Below, in pieces: positions 35,229-45,498 of a DNA stretch of 64,000 nt (its first letter is position 1; every line of letters begins with the position of its first letter). The notes under the pieces were generated by a model that saw only the letters and a program-made list of their open reading frames with translations, was not told where the DNA came from and ran no database searches. The stretch is taken from positions 784-64,783 of the forward strand of contig CAIQUS010000220.1 in NCBI GenBank assembly GCA_903875045.1, written 5' to 3'. The stretch is from an uncultured Bacteroidales bacterium. GTDB taxonomy: Bacteria > Bacteroidota > Bacteroidia > Bacteroidales > FEN-979. The position numbers and the translations under genes were made by a program.

Positions 35229-37280
35229 ATGAACGATAAACCTGTTTACAAGCGTTATACCGTTACATCTGCGCTTCCTTATGCCAACGGACCCATCCAC
35301 ATCGGACATCTCGCCGGCGTATATGTACCGGCCGACATCTATGTCAGGTTCCTTCGGATGAACAACGAGGATGTCATCTTTATCGGCGGATCGGATGAAC
35401 ATGGAGTACCCATTACCATCAAGGCGTTACAGCAGGGAGTTTCACCGCAGGCTATTGTCGACAGATATCATGGCATCATAAAAAAATCATTCGAAGATTT
35501 TGGAATTTCATTTGATATCTATTCCCGTACATCGAATCAGATGCATCATAACACCGCTTCTGAATTCTTCCGTAAGATGTATGATGCCGGACAGTTTATC
35601 GAAAAAGTTTCAGAGCAATATTTCGATGAGGCCACCGGGCAGTTCCTCGCCGACCGGTACATCACCGGAACCTGCCCTCATTGTGGTTTTGAAAAGGCTT
35701 ATGGCGATCAGTGCGAAAAATGCGGTACCTCGCTGAATGCCACCGATTTGATTGAACCCAAATCGGTGCTCAGCGGAAATAAACCCGTATTGCGCGAAAC
35801 AAGGCATTGGTTCCTGCCCCTTGATGAGTACGAACCGTGGTTGCGTGAATGGATCCTCGATGGGCACAAAGATGACTGGAAAATCAATGTGTACGGGCAG
35901 TGCAAGTCGTGGATCGACCAGGGTTTGCAACCCCGCGCTGTTACCCGCGACCTCGACTGGGGGGTGAAAGTCCCGGTGGAGGGTGCCGAAGGCAAAGTGT
36001 TGTATGTGTGGTTTGATGCTCCGATCGGTTATATTTCCGCAACACGGGAACTAACCGCCGACTGGGAAAAATACTGGAAAGACCCGGAGACCAAGCTTGT
36101 CCATTTTATTGGCAAAGACAACATCGTTTTTCACTGCATCATCTTCCCGGCGATGTTGAAAGCCGAAGGGAGCTATATACTCCCGGATAATGTTCCGGCC
36201 AATGAATTCCTGAACCTGGAGGGGGACAAAATTTCCACCTCGCGAAACTGGGCCGTCTGGCTGCACGAATATCTGGAGGCATTTCCCGGCAAACAGGATG
36301 TGTTGCGGTATGTGCTTACCTCGGCAGCCCCGGAAACCAAGGACAATGACTTCACCTGGAAAGATTTCCAGACAAGGAACAACAGCGAACTCGTAAACAT
36401 CCTCGGAAATTTTGTGAACCGTACCATTGTATTGACCCATAAATATTTCGATGGAAAAGTTCCTGAAGCTGCAGGTTTTACCGAAAGTGATCAGCTCACC
36501 ATGGAGGAGATGAGGCAATTTCCCGGCCGGATCGCAGGAAGTATCCAGAGCTACCGGTTCCGGGAGGCTTTGGCTGAGATGATGAACCTGGCCAGGTTGG
36601 GGAACAAATACCTTACCGATAATGAACCCTGGAAGGTTTTCACCCATGATCCCGTCAGAGTGGCGACTGTTTTAAATATTTCACTTCAGATATGCGCACA
36701 GCTATCGATTGTTGCAGAGCCTTTTCTTCCCTTTTCTGCGGCAAAGATCAGGAAAACACTGAATCTGCCATTTCCCGGATGGAAGGATGCAGTGTTACTG
36801 AATTGGCTCTCTGCCGGACATCAGTTAAGCCAGCCTGAATTGCTGTTCGAAAAAATTGATGACGCCGCCATTGAGCAGCAGGTGCAAAAGCTGTTTGAAA
36901 CCAGAACGGCCAATGAAGCGTTGCAATCCAAATCACCCGTAAAGCCCGGGAAAGCAGCGATCGGTTTCGAGGATTTTGCAAAAATGGACATCCGGGCCGG
37001 AACCATACTTGAGGCGGAAAAGGTGGCAAAAACCGACAAGTTGCTGAAATTGAAAATTGATACCGGCCTCGACCATCGAACGGTGGTTTCAGGGATTGCA
37101 AAATTTTTCAATCCCAATGATATCATTGGCAAGCGTGTTTGTATTCTGGTTAACCTTGACCCCCGCAAATTAAAAGGCATTGAATCGCAGGGGATGATCC
37201 TGATGGCTGAAAACCCGGATGGCACCCTGTTTTTTGTCACTCCCGATGAAGGGAGTATCAACGGGGCAGATGTCAAATAA
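35229..37280 (+). CDS. metG: Methionine--tRNA ligase with a C-terminal tRNA-binding domain
   Basis: [13 protein letters not shown] is the HIGH motif. A CPHCG...CEKCG zinc knuckle, KISTSRN (the KMSKS motif) and a C-terminal Trbp111-like domain are present. Confidence 0.95.
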   Translation: MNDKPVYKRYTVTSALPYANGPIHIGHLAGVYVPADIYVRFLRMNNEDVIFIGGSDEHGVPITIKALQQGVSPQAIVDRYHGIIKKSFEDFGISFDIYSRTSNQMHHNTASEFFRKMYDAGQFIEKVSEQYFDEATGQFLADRYITGTCPHCGFEKAYGDQCEKCGTSLNATDLIEPKSVLSGNKPVLRETRHWFLPLDEYEPWLREWILDGHKDDWKINVYGQCKSWIDQGLQPRAVTRDLDWGVKVPVEGAEGKVLYVWFDAPIGYISATRELTADWEKYWKDPETKLVHFIGKDNIVFHCIIFPAMLKAEGSYILPDNVPANEFLNLEGDKISTSRNWAVWLHEYLEAFPGKQDVLRYVLTSAAPETKDNDFTWKDFQTRNNSELVNILGNFVNRTIVLTHKYFDGKVPEAAGFTESDQLTMEEMRQFPGRIAGSIQSYRFREALAEMMNLARLGNKYLTDNEPWKVFTHDPVRVATVLNISLQICAQLSIVAEPFLPFSAAKIRKTLNLPFPGWKDAVLLNWLSAGHQLSQPELLFEKIDDAAIEQQVQKLFETRTANEALQSKSPVKPGKAAIGFEDFAKMDIRAGTILEAEKVAKTDKLLKLKIDTGLDHRTVVSGIAKFFNPNDIIGKRVCILVNLDPRKLKGIESQGMILMAENPDGTLFFVTPDEGSINGADVK

Positions 37281-37330
37281 ATTCTTAATTTTGCAATCGA
37301 AATTCGTTGTTCAATATTCGAAATTCTCCC

Positions 37331-37405
37331 GGCCCTGTAGTTCAATGGATAGAACGGAAGTTTCCTAAACTTTAAATCTGGGTTCGATTCCCGGTGGGGC
37401 TACCA
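37331..37405 (+). tRNA. tRNA-Arg (anticodon CCT), with CCA encoded
   Basis: Hand-folded cloverleaf. Acceptor stem GGCCCTG/TGGGGCT; D arm GTTC-AATGGATA-GAAC; anticodon arm GAAGT-TTCCTAA-ACTTT; T arm CTGGG-TTCGATT-CCCGG; discriminator A followed by CCA. Confidence 0.85.
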
Positions 37406-37423
37406 AGTATACTGAATACCAAT

Positions 37424-37474
37424 AACTTGCAATATTTTGAACACGTTTTGAACATATTGCAAGTTGTTTTTTTT
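37424..37474 (+). terminator. Rho-independent terminator after the tRNA
   Basis: 12-bp stem AACTTGCAATAT / ATATTGCAAGTT with an 18-nt loop, followed by GTTTTTTTT. Confidence 0.7.
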
Positions 37475-37761
37475 ACCCTCATAACCTTCATCACTTCCCT
37501 GATCCTTTCCCTTGCCCGATCTATTTCAGGCAGTAAATATATCCTTTGTTTCCTCCTTTTGGTCTCAGCAGAATGGTCGTTGGTTGAAAAAAAAGCCAGG
37601 CGTATGGCGATGGAATATCTTTACATGAAACACCAGACCGGATATCATCATCCAAAGCCATTCAGGTTCTAATAACAATAAACCCGTAAATTTTATGAAA
37701 ATTCTTACCTTTACCTACTCAATCTCAGTGAAGCAGCTTTTATTCCTGAATGACACAGCGG

Positions 37762-37848
37762 ATGATGAAAATAGACCATGTGGCAATCTGGACAGACAAT
37801 CTGGAAGTAACAACGGAGATACAAAGTGGCCGGAAAAAGAAAATTTGA
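37762..37848 (+). pseudogene. N-terminal stub of a glyoxalase/VOC-family gene
   Basis: MMKIDHVAIWTDNLEVTTE matches the usual VOC N-terminus (MKIDHIAIWT.DLE). The frame then stops after 28 codons. Confidence 0.4.
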
Positions 37849-37874
37849 CATAACCATATTAAACCATTTCCCGT

Positions 37875-38429
37875 ATGCGTATAGATATTAACCAGAAGAA
37901 AATTGCCATTGGTGATAAATACCAAATCTTTGTGGATGGACAACAAACATACAAGGCATCAAATGAACTGTTCAGGTTCCTGTCGGTTATAAACCTTTTC
38001 AGGAATGATGTTTCCGGAGTCCGGCTTACGATCAATAAGCAATGGTTCATCTGGAAACCGAAATACAGTATCCGGCTTCACGACAACAGTACCGTTGAAT
38101 TCAGGGCAGATTCATGGTGGGAGATGCACTATCAATGTCATTGCAGCCCTGACATCTTTCATATCTATGGGCATCGGGGAAGAAAATATTCAATTTACAG
38201 GAATAATACCCAGGTTGCCTGGTGGGAAAAAGAAGCGGTAAGCTGGTTTGATGGTGACAATTACACCATCATTGCCGACAATGATTGCAACCTTGAACTG
38301 ATCATTGCCTTTTGCCTGATTATGGATAATCATAAGAGTAAAAAGCATGGCGATGATGCGGTGTCCTATGATATCGGAAACATTGGTGGTCAGGTCAAAG
38401 CGTTTGATCCTTACTGGCGACCAAAATAA
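37875..38429 (+). CDS. LURP-one-related / YxjI-like (tubby C-terminal-like fold) protein
   Basis: The pattern MRIDINQKKIAIGDKYQIFVDG...Y.......F........L........ is followed by VAWWEKEAVSWFDGDNYTIIADNDCNLELIIAFCLIMDN. This parallels the YxjI/LOR family layout as I remember it. Confidence 0.45.
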   Translation: MRIDINQKKIAIGDKYQIFVDGQQTYKASNELFRFLSVINLFRNDVSGVRLTINKQWFIWKPKYSIRLHDNSTVEFRADSWWEMHYQCHCSPDIFHIYGHRGRKYSIYRNNTQVAWWEKEAVSWFDGDNYTIIADNDCNLELIIAFCLIMDNHKSKKHGDDAVSYDIGNIGGQVKAFDPYWRPK

Positions 38430-38460
38430 AAGTTACCAATGTATTAACTTCGTTACGCTG

Positions 38461-39180
38461 ATGGATCAATGTATTATTGACATACCCGGTATTTCAACTG
38501 TAAGCGGGCTAATGGTAGAAATACCGGGTGGAGAAATTGAATTAAGAGATGACAGAACAAAGAAGAAATGGAATGTTAAAATTGAACCTTTTTTACTTTC
38601 CAGATTTCCGGTGACACAGGGTTTATACTATGAAATTTTAAAAGAATCACCAGCGGCTTTTAAAGGAAACTGGCTCCCCGTTGAATCAGTAACCTGGAAA
38701 GATGCGGTAAATTTCTGTAATTCATTATCAATTAAATCAGGATTGAAGCCATGCTATTTCTTTAATGGTGACAGCGAAGAGGTGACTTCCGATTTAAATG
38801 CGGATGGGTACCGGCTGCCAACGGAAGCCGAATGGGAATATGCCTGTAAAGCCGGAACGACAGAAATCAGATACGGTGATTTAGATTTGATAGCTTGGTA
38901 CCGAGACAATTCGGAAAACATGACCCATGATGTTGGCATGAAAGATCCAAATTCGTGGGAACTTTATGACATGTTGGGAAACGTTTGGGAATGGTGTTCA
39001 GACATATATGACGAACCAGTTTATGGTTCGTATCGTATTTTCAGAGGTGGGGGGTGGCATGATGATGCAAGGGGGTGTATGGCTACCAATCGCAGACGTA
39101 GCCATCCTTCATCATTTAAAATTGACGACCTTGGGTTTCGTATAGCAAGAAATATGACAAGAAAAACCCCTGACAGCTAG
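38461..39180 (+). CDS. Formylglycine-generating enzyme (SUMF1/FGE-sulfatase) fold protein, minimal stand-alone form
   Basis: LSRFPVTQGLY, SVTWKDAVNFCN, YRLPTEAEWEYACKAGT, MLGNVWEWCSD, RGGGW and LGFRIAR are the FGE-sulfatase domain motifs. Confidence 0.75.
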   Translation: MDQCIIDIPGISTVSGLMVEIPGGEIELRDDRTKKKWNVKIEPFLLSRFPVTQGLYYEILKESPAAFKGNWLPVESVTWKDAVNFCNSLSIKSGLKPCYFFNGDSEEVTSDLNADGYRLPTEAEWEYACKAGTTEIRYGDLDLIAWYRDNSENMTHDVGMKDPNSWELYDMLGNVWEWCSDIYDEPVYGSYRIFRGGGWHDDARGCMATNRRRSHPSSFKIDDLGFRIARNMTRKTPDS

Positions 39181-39217
39181 TAACAAGCATCTTGCATTGC
39201 AGCCGGCAGATCTGTTC

Positions 39218-39532
39218 TTACCTCTTTTTGTTATTCCTTGATGCTCCATGACCACCAAGAAATCCCCATCCACCGCTGCCAATAACAAATCCAAAGGCAT
39301 ACCAGATTCCATTGTTGTTCGGGGCAAAGACTGTTACATCATCCCGCCAGAGCATGGCGATCAGGTCTATTGGTGCAATGATCCCATGCCACAGGCCACC
39401 CCAGAATCCGTAGGTGTGACCTTTTAAACATTCTGTAACAACTTCCTTGTTGGAGCATCCTGACAGGATCAGGAGGGTGGCGAACAGGATGAGGATGATC
39501 AGGGTTCCATTAATCGGGATTAACTTTTTCAT
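39218..39532 (-). CDS. Small hypothetical lipoprotein/membrane protein
   Basis: Signal peptide with lipobox LSGC, and a Gly/Trp-rich hydrophobic C-terminal half. Confidence 0.45.
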   Translation of the reverse strand: MKKLIPINGTLIILILFATLLILSGCSNKEVVTECLKGHTYGFWGGLWHGIIAPIDLIAMLWRDDVTVFAPNNNGIWYAFGFVIGSGGWGFLGGHGASRNNKKR

Positions 39533-39777
39533 GCTGGGTGATTTTGACTTTAACCTTTGATTTTACTACATGATCGAACTCTTTACATGGCTTAAAATCA
39601 GGAATTTACTGGGCTGAATTTTAAGCGGTTTTTCCCCCGGCAGTTGGTCCGGGTTTGAGAGAATGAATCTCATCAAGTTACGCCACCGGTTCCGTCGGTA
39701 AAAATAAGAGAATCGATGTCCTTCATTTCTTGTGTAAGTGTTGCCATATCCGTGAATTTAATAGTTTATGCAATCAA

Positions 39778-41028
39778 TTAGTCCTCCACTTCCAGCAAAT
39801 TATCTTCAGCCCCGATCTGCTTCAGTTCTGGCATCGATGTTCCGGCAATGCCCTTCACTGAACCAATAAAATGGTTGGTGTTCAGCAGCACTTTCTCCAA
39901 CTGCTTTTCCCGTTCTTTCCAGATGCGTTCCATCGCACGTTTTTCCTTGTGGTAGCTTACCTGAAGGCTGGTAAATCCTTCGATAATGGCACCTACCTGC
40001 AATTTGAATTCGTTACTGGTCAGGTAGTCATACAGCATCTGCATCTTTTCACCCTTATTGGTTTGGGATGAAAAAGCTTCGCTTACACGCAACAGGCTAT
40101 CCCGTAAAACGATTGCCAATCCTTTAAAATCATTGAATGAACAAACCCAAACGCCGTTGATCTGCCCGATATGGTCAATTTCTTCCGGAAGAGCTTCTGA
40201 AACAATAACCAGCAGATCAGCTTTAACCAATGCAGCATCGGCTTTCAGTTTCGTGATCCAGTCCTGGCTGAAAGATTTGGTGCGTTTTGATTCGTAAGCT
40301 ATTTTACCACAATCAACGCCAAAACGGTTTCTGACGGTATGGATTACGTCAGCTCCCCTGATTCCTTTGCCTACCTCTTCAATGAGATCGAACTGGAACA
40401 AAGACCGAAGCACTTCTTCCAGAACCAGTTCCTGAACCTCACCCTGAAGTTGCATAGAGCCCTGCTCAGCTTTCCGCTTCATCACTTCCATCTGCTCCTT
40501 CATCGAGTTAATGACTTCATCTTTTTCTTTAAGTTTAAGTTCAATCCGGTCACCTTCCCTTTGACGGATCAAATTGGTTTCCGCCTTGAGCTGAGCTGTC
40601 ATTTTTTGTTCAAATTCAACCTCAAGGTCTTGCTTCTGGGAATCCAGTTTCCGCTTTAACTGCTCATTCTCTATTTTGGCTTTCCTGAGATCGGCTAATT
40701 GCTTCTGGGTTTCAGCATTGGCATCACTTAATGATTTTATCTGATCCTCGTACTGCCGGGCAATTTGAATCTTGATCTCCTTGGATTTTTTCTCTGTTTC
40801 AACCTTCAGCTTTTCTGTAACCTGGGTATCAATATCCGACTGAAGCTTCTTCAGATCAGCTTCTTTTTGTGTGAGTTTGGTCTCTTTTGCCTTAAATTCA
40901 TTTTCAATGACCGTGATCTTCCGATGGAGGTCGGCACGGTACTTTTCTTCGATTTGCTTGGAAATCACGTCTTCTACGGCAAATTCATGACCGCATTTTG
41001 GACAAATTATTTTGGTAGTTTGGGGCAT
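39778..41028 (-). CDS. DUF2130 domain protein (zinc ribbon, coiled coil, C-terminal nuclease-like domain)
   Basis: N-terminal CPKCGHEF, a long K/E/Q coiled coil and a conserved C-terminal globular part, as in DUF2130. Confidence 0.65.
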   Translation of the reverse strand: MPQTTKIICPKCGHEFAVEDVISKQIEEKYRADLHRKITVIENEFKAKETKLTQKEADLKKLQSDIDTQVTEKLKVETEKKSKEIKIQIARQYEDQIKSLSDANAETQKQLADLRKAKIENEQLKRKLDSQKQDLEVEFEQKMTAQLKAETNLIRQREGDRIELKLKEKDEVINSMKEQMEVMKRKAEQGSMQLQGEVQELVLEEVLRSLFQFDLIEEVGKGIRGADVIHTVRNRFGVDCGKIAYESKRTKSFSQDWITKLKADAALVKADLLVIVSEALPEEIDHIGQINGVWVCSFNDFKGLAIVLRDSLLRVSEAFSSQTNKGEKMQMLYDYLTSNEFKLQVGAIIEGFTSLQVSYHKEKRAMERIWKEREKQLEKVLLNTNHFIGSVKGIAGTSMPELKQIGAEDNLLEVED

Positions 41029-41235
41029 ATACTGATTATTTAAATCTAGTTCTGTTAAAACCGGTCACCAACCATTTGAACAACCGCGTGTATTAAATGT
41101 GAGGTCGGAAAAATGGTTTTGGGTTTTAGCAGTCAAATTTAACAAAAACCTAATCATCATTTCAAAAAGTCTCAAATACTATTCCTTTTCCTGGCTTTGG
41201 GATCCTGGAAAAGCCATCATGCGGTTGTATGAACT

Positions 41236-41312
41236 CCCCTTCTCCTTGAGGAGAAGGGGTCGGTGGTTGAGGTGCCTTTCAATCCACCTCTTCTCCCTGA
41301 ATAGAAGGGGTC
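41236..41312. repeat. Two REP-like GC-rich hairpin units
   Basis: CCCCTTCTCC-ttga-GGAGAAGGGG (41236-41259) followed by gtcggtggttgaggt, then a degenerate second copy ctcttctccctgaatagaaggggtctggggttgtggt. Confidence 0.6.
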
Positions 41313-41368
41313 TGGGGTTGTGGTACTTTTATTCCCGGAAGGGCTTGACTGAAAAATATAACTGTTTA

Positions 41369-41776
41369 TTAATCTGAGGTTTTATCTGAACCGGTCCCAA
41401 CGACAAAAATGGCAACGATTATTAATACAAAAAACCCCGCAATTAAACATGAGATGATCAGTGGCAAAATATCTGTTTTAGGAATATTATAATAATCTAT
41501 GAAAAATGGGTAACCAATCAGGGCAGCTGCAAAGGTTAAGGCAATCCTGCGCGCATTCCTGTGTTTACCCGGTCCGGGTTTTTTATCACTTTTCAACCAG
41601 GCTTCTGATTGTATTTGTCCCAGGATGTTCTTAAGCGCATCTGATGAGATATTTCTTTTGGAATATTCTTCTCCAACAACTTTCATGAAATTTTCCTGAT
41701 AGTCTTGTGCATTAAGATAAATCTCAACAAGTTCCTTGTCGGATTTTTGTTCTACCTGCTTTTGAAATGTTTCCAA
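41369..41776 (-). CDS. Hypothetical membrane protein (soluble N-terminal helical part plus 2 TM helices)
   Basis: An ORF with two clear hydrophobic segments. I recognise no family. Confidence 0.45.
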   Translation of the reverse strand: METFQKQVEQKSDKELVEIYLNAQDYQENFMKVVGEEYSKRNISSDALKNILGQIQSEAWLKSDKKPGPGKHRNARRIALTFAAALIGYPFFIDYYNIPKTDILPLIISCLIAGFFVLIIVAIFVVGTGSDKTSD

Positions 41777-42161
41777 TTTTTGATTTTTTATGAAACTTTT
41801 TCACATGGTTGTCGAAATCCTTTTTCCGTTATTTTCACATAAAAGTATGAATAACCATCTTGCAAAATAAGGTATAATTTTTAATAGCATTTGACTTTGT
41901 GGCAATTATAGTAAAAATGGCTGAGACGGATCAATTTGAACCAACCAGTGTCATTTAATAGTTAATATGTGGTAATATATAATTCTTGCAAAATTTTTTT
42001 TCTTAGTACAAAGAATATATTTTTGTGATATGATTTGTACAGAACTGACCAGTTGAAACAACCATCAATGTCATTAGGCAGGCAGTAATCATCCATGTAG
42101 AAAATATAAACACATACTATTCAATTAATCAATTAAATCACAAATCATTAAAAAAAACCCT

Positions 42162-45100
42162 ATGACAAAAAAACTACTTTTTCTTCTGGTTTTCTTCCTG
42201 AGCAGCATATTGCTGTATTCTCAGGTTACGACATCTGGCATGAGTGGCGTCATCCAGAGTGCTGAAAAAACCACGCTGCCCGGAGCAACTGTTCTTGTGG
42301 TCCATGTTCCTACCGGAACTCAATACGGAACGGTTACCGACAACAATGGTCTTTTCAGGATTCCTAACATGAGGGTTGGCGGACCCTACAAGATGACGAT
42401 ATCTTATGTGGGTTATCAAACAGTCGTTGTGGATGATATCAATTTGACCTTAGGGCAAACCCTGAGTATGAACCAAACACTCAAAGAAGCCTCTGTCGAC
42501 ATGAAAGAGGTGGAAATAGTTGCAAAAATGAACGACCTGATCGATGGAAACCGCACAGGGGCATCAACCAGTGTCAATCCGACCGAAATTTCGACATTGC
42601 CTTCTATCAACAGAAGTATCACTGATTTCACAAAATTGAGTCCTCAGTCGAACGGTGCCAGCTTTGCCGGCCGCGATGGAAGGTACAACAACATCACCAT
42701 CGACGGTGCCAATTTTAACAACAATTTCGGACTCAGCACGAAAGCCCTCCCCGGAGGAGATGCACAACCGATCAGTCTGGATGCGATTGAAGCGATCAGC
42801 ATCAATGTCGCACCCTACGATATCACTCAGTCCAACTTCACAGGTGCCAATGTAAATGCCGTCACAAAAAGCGGTTCCAACAGCTGGAGCGGCAGCGCGT
42901 ATACCTATTTCAGGAACCAGGGACTTTCCGGGAAAAAAGTGTCAGGCACCGAACTAAATGTTACCGACCAGCAAACCCTCTCCTATGGCGCTACACTTGG
43001 CGGTCCCATCATCAAAAACAAGTTGTTGTTTTTCGCAAACTTTGAGAGGGAAACCTCAAATTTCCCTGGTATTCAGTGGAAAGCCAGTACCGATGGCAAT
43101 GCGGATGCAACAAATTATATTTCGAGAACTACCCAGAGCGACTTAAGTCTCATGAGTAATTATTTGCTGAGCACTTATGGATATGATGCGGGTAAATACC
43201 AGGATTTTAAAAACTTTCAGACCAAAAATTACAAAATTCTGGCAAAGATTGACTGGAACATCAACAAACAGAACAAACTTTCTGTGAGATACAATTATGT
43301 AAGGTCAACGAATGATCAGCAGGTTAACGCAACAAGCGCCCCCGGGACCCGTTCCACTTTTGGAAGAATAGGTGAAAAATCAATGGCATTTGACAATGCC
43401 AACTATTCATTGCTCAATACCGTAGGGTCATTAACAGCAGAACTGAACAGCCAGTACGGAAAGTCTGCCAATAAATTCCTGTTTACCTTCACACAGATCA
43501 GAGACACCCGGAGCAGTAAAAGTTCTCCTTTCCCATTCGTTGATATTTACAAAGACGGCGATCCTTACATGTCATTCGGATATGAATTGTTCACCCTTGA
43601 CAATGATGTGAAGAACAACGTTTTCACTTTCACCGATAATTTCACCCATTATTTTGGCAAGCATACACTTACAGCCGGTATATCCTACGACCAACTCTAT
43701 TTCGGTAACAGTTACAAAAGATACGGTACAAGCTACTACAGATATGCTTCCATGGCAGATTTTATGAATGGGGCCGCGCCCACCACTTTTGGTTTGACCT
43801 ATCCCTATGCAGGCGCAGGAGATGGCTATGCCGAGCTGAATTTCGGACTTGGGGCAGCGTATGTACAGGATGAATGGCAGATCAAAGAGAATTTTAAAGT
43901 GACAGGAGGTATCAGATTTGAAGTGCCATTCTACTATAACACGCTTCTTCCGAATGAAGCCATCACCAAACTCACATTCAAAGATGTCGACGGCAACGAT
44001 ATGACCATTGACGCCGGACAGTGGCCAAAGTCAAAGATTACTGTCTCACCGAGGATCAGTTTTAACTGGGATATTAAAAACGACAAGACTTTGCAGCTCA
44101 GAGGGGGAACCGGCCTTTTCACCGGCAGGTTACCTTTCGTTTGGTTCACCAATCAGCCAACCAATTCCGGAACGCTTCAAAATACTGTGGAAATTACCAC
44201 AGCAGCACAGTTGGCAACTTTGACTTTCAACCCGGATCCTTTTTATCATCTGAACAATACCGTGTTGTTTCCACCCACTCCATCAAAAGCTCCCGGTTCA
44301 ATTGCCGTTGTGGATAAGAACTTCAAAATGCCGCAGGTTTGGAGAACAGACCTGGCATTCGATGTCAAATTACCATGGGAAATTATTGCAACATTTGAAG
44401 CCATTTACTCGAAATCTGTCCAGGATGTTGTGCAATACAATGCAAACCAAACACTTTCTGACTCAACCTTCCAGGGAGTTGATAAAAGGCAACGATTCTT
44501 CTCCGCCTCACGAAGAGTGAACAAAGACATCAGCAATGCAATGGTACTGACCAACACCCAGGAGGGTTATACCTATTCTTTGACCGCGCAACTGGCCAGG
44601 GAATTCAAGAACGGATTCTATGGCTTTCTGGCTTATACATACTCAGGTGCAAAGGACCTAACAGCCAATCCCGGCTCAGCCGCAGCATCTGCCTGGTCAA
44701 GCAATCCATCTTCCGTTAACCAGAATACCCCTGGCTTGAGTTACTCCCAATTCACTGTACCTCATCGTGTTGTTGGCTGTCTTTCCTATCAGATCGAATA
44801 TGCAAAGCATCTTAAAACCACTGTTTCCTTATTTTACCAGGGAAGCAGCCAGGGCAGACTGGATTATATTTACTCCAATGACATGAACGGTGACGGTAAT
44901 GCTGCCGACCTGATGTACATTCCAAAAGATGCTACCGAAATTATTTTCGCGGACATCAAGAATTCGAGTGGTGTGGTAATCGCAACAGCTGCTGAACAGA
45001 ATGATGCCTTCTGGAAATATGTTGATCAGGACAAATATTTATCGGCAAATAAAGGAAAATATGCCGATAGATATGGGGTGATCATGCCCTGGCTGGGACG

Positions 45101-45434
45101 TTGGGATGTTAAAATTCTGCAGGATGTATATGCCTACTTTGATAAAAACCACAAAACCCGTCATACCCTCCAGATCAGTCTTGACCTGTTGAATATCGGC
45201 AATCTGTTTAATTCCAAATGGGGAGTTTACCAAAAGCAGACACTTGGCAGTTACGACATAACCCTGCTCAAATACAATAACACTACCTCTGGTGGAGTTC
45301 CTACCTATCAGATGAATTATCTGAGCATTGACAAAGCTTCCGGAAAACCTGTTTTCCCGACTTCCACCTACACGCCGTTAATGTCGACCACAAGCACCTG
45401 GGGTGCCCAGATCGGAATCAGGTACATGTTTTAA
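42162..45434 (+). CDS. TonB-dependent outer-membrane receptor with an N-terminal carboxypeptidase-regulatory-like domain
   Basis: Signal peptide. GATVLVVHVPTGTQYGTVTDNNGLFRIPNMRVGGPY is CarbopepD_reg-like. A plug region is present, and the protein ends with the beta-barrel terminal motif IGIRYMF. No SusD-like gene follows. Confidence 0.85.
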   Translation: MTKKLLFLLVFFLSSILLYSQVTTSGMSGVIQSAEKTTLPGATVLVVHVPTGTQYGTVTDNNGLFRIPNMRVGGPYKMTISYVGYQTVVVDDINLTLGQTLSMNQTLKEASVDMKEVEIVAKMNDLIDGNRTGASTSVNPTEISTLPSINRSITDFTKLSPQSNGASFAGRDGRYNNITIDGANFNNNFGLSTKALPGGDAQPISLDAIEAISINVAPYDITQSNFTGANVNAVTKSGSNSWSGSAYTYFRNQGLSGKKVSGTELNVTDQQTLSYGATLGGPIIKNKLLFFANFERETSNFPGIQWKASTDGNADATNYISRTTQSDLSLMSNYLLSTYGYDAGKYQDFKNFQTKNYKILAKIDWNINKQNKLSVRYNYVRSTNDQQVNATSAPGTRSTFGRIGEKSMAFDNANYSLLNTVGSLTAELNSQYGKSANKFLFTFTQIRDTRSSKSSPFPFVDIYKDGDPYMSFGYELFTLDNDVKNNVFTFTDNFTHYFGKHTLTAGISYDQLYFGNSYKRYGTSYYRYASMADFMNGAAPTTFGLTYPYAGAGDGYAELNFGLGAAYVQDEWQIKENFKVTGGIRFEVPFYYNTLLPNEAITKLTFKDVDGNDMTIDAGQWPKSKITVSPRISFNWDIKNDKTLQLRGGTGLFTGRLPFVWFTNQPTNSGTLQNTVEITTAAQLATLTFNPDPFYHLNNTVLFPPTPSKAPGSIAVVDKNFKMPQVWRTDLAFDVKLPWEIIATFEAIYSKSVQDVVQYNANQTLSDSTFQGVDKRQRFFSASRRVNKDISNAMVLTNTQEGYTYSLTAQLAREFKNGFYGFLAYTYSGAKDLTANPGSAAASAWSSNPSSVNQNTPGLSYSQFTVPHRVVGCLSYQIEYAKHLKTTVSLFYQGSSQGRLDYIYSNDMNGDGNAADLMYIPKDATEIIFADIKNSSGVVIATAAEQNDAFWKYVDQDKYLSANKGKYADRYGVIMPWLGRWDVKILQDVYAYFDKNHKTRHTLQISLDLLNIGNLFNSKWGVYQKQTLGSYDITLLKYNNTTSGGVPTYQMNYLSIDKASGKPVFPTSTYTPLMSTTSTWGAQIGIRYMF

Positions 45435-45470
45435 CCTTATCTCCGGTCAAAACTGATCATAACTGATTCA

Positions 45471-45488
45471 ACCCGGAATGTTCCGGGT
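45471..45488 (+). terminator. Short hairpin terminator after the TonB-dependent receptor gene
   Basis: ACCCGG-aatgtt-CCGGGT followed by CATTTTG. Confidence 0.45.
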
Positions 45489-45498
45489 CATTTTGAAA

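Noticed and set aside
37394-37672. 92-aa ORF immediately after the tRNA
   Set aside because: It starts inside the tRNA 3' end and reads through the terminator hairpin. I recognise nothing in the protein.
39650-39725. 24-codon minus-strand ORF (MATLTQEMKDIDSLIFTDGTGGVT) downstream of DUF2130
   Set aside because: It is too short and has no supporting signal. It cannot be distinguished from chance.
41099-41377. 92-aa ORF
   Set aside because: It is a translation of the REP-like hairpins and the AT-rich spacer.
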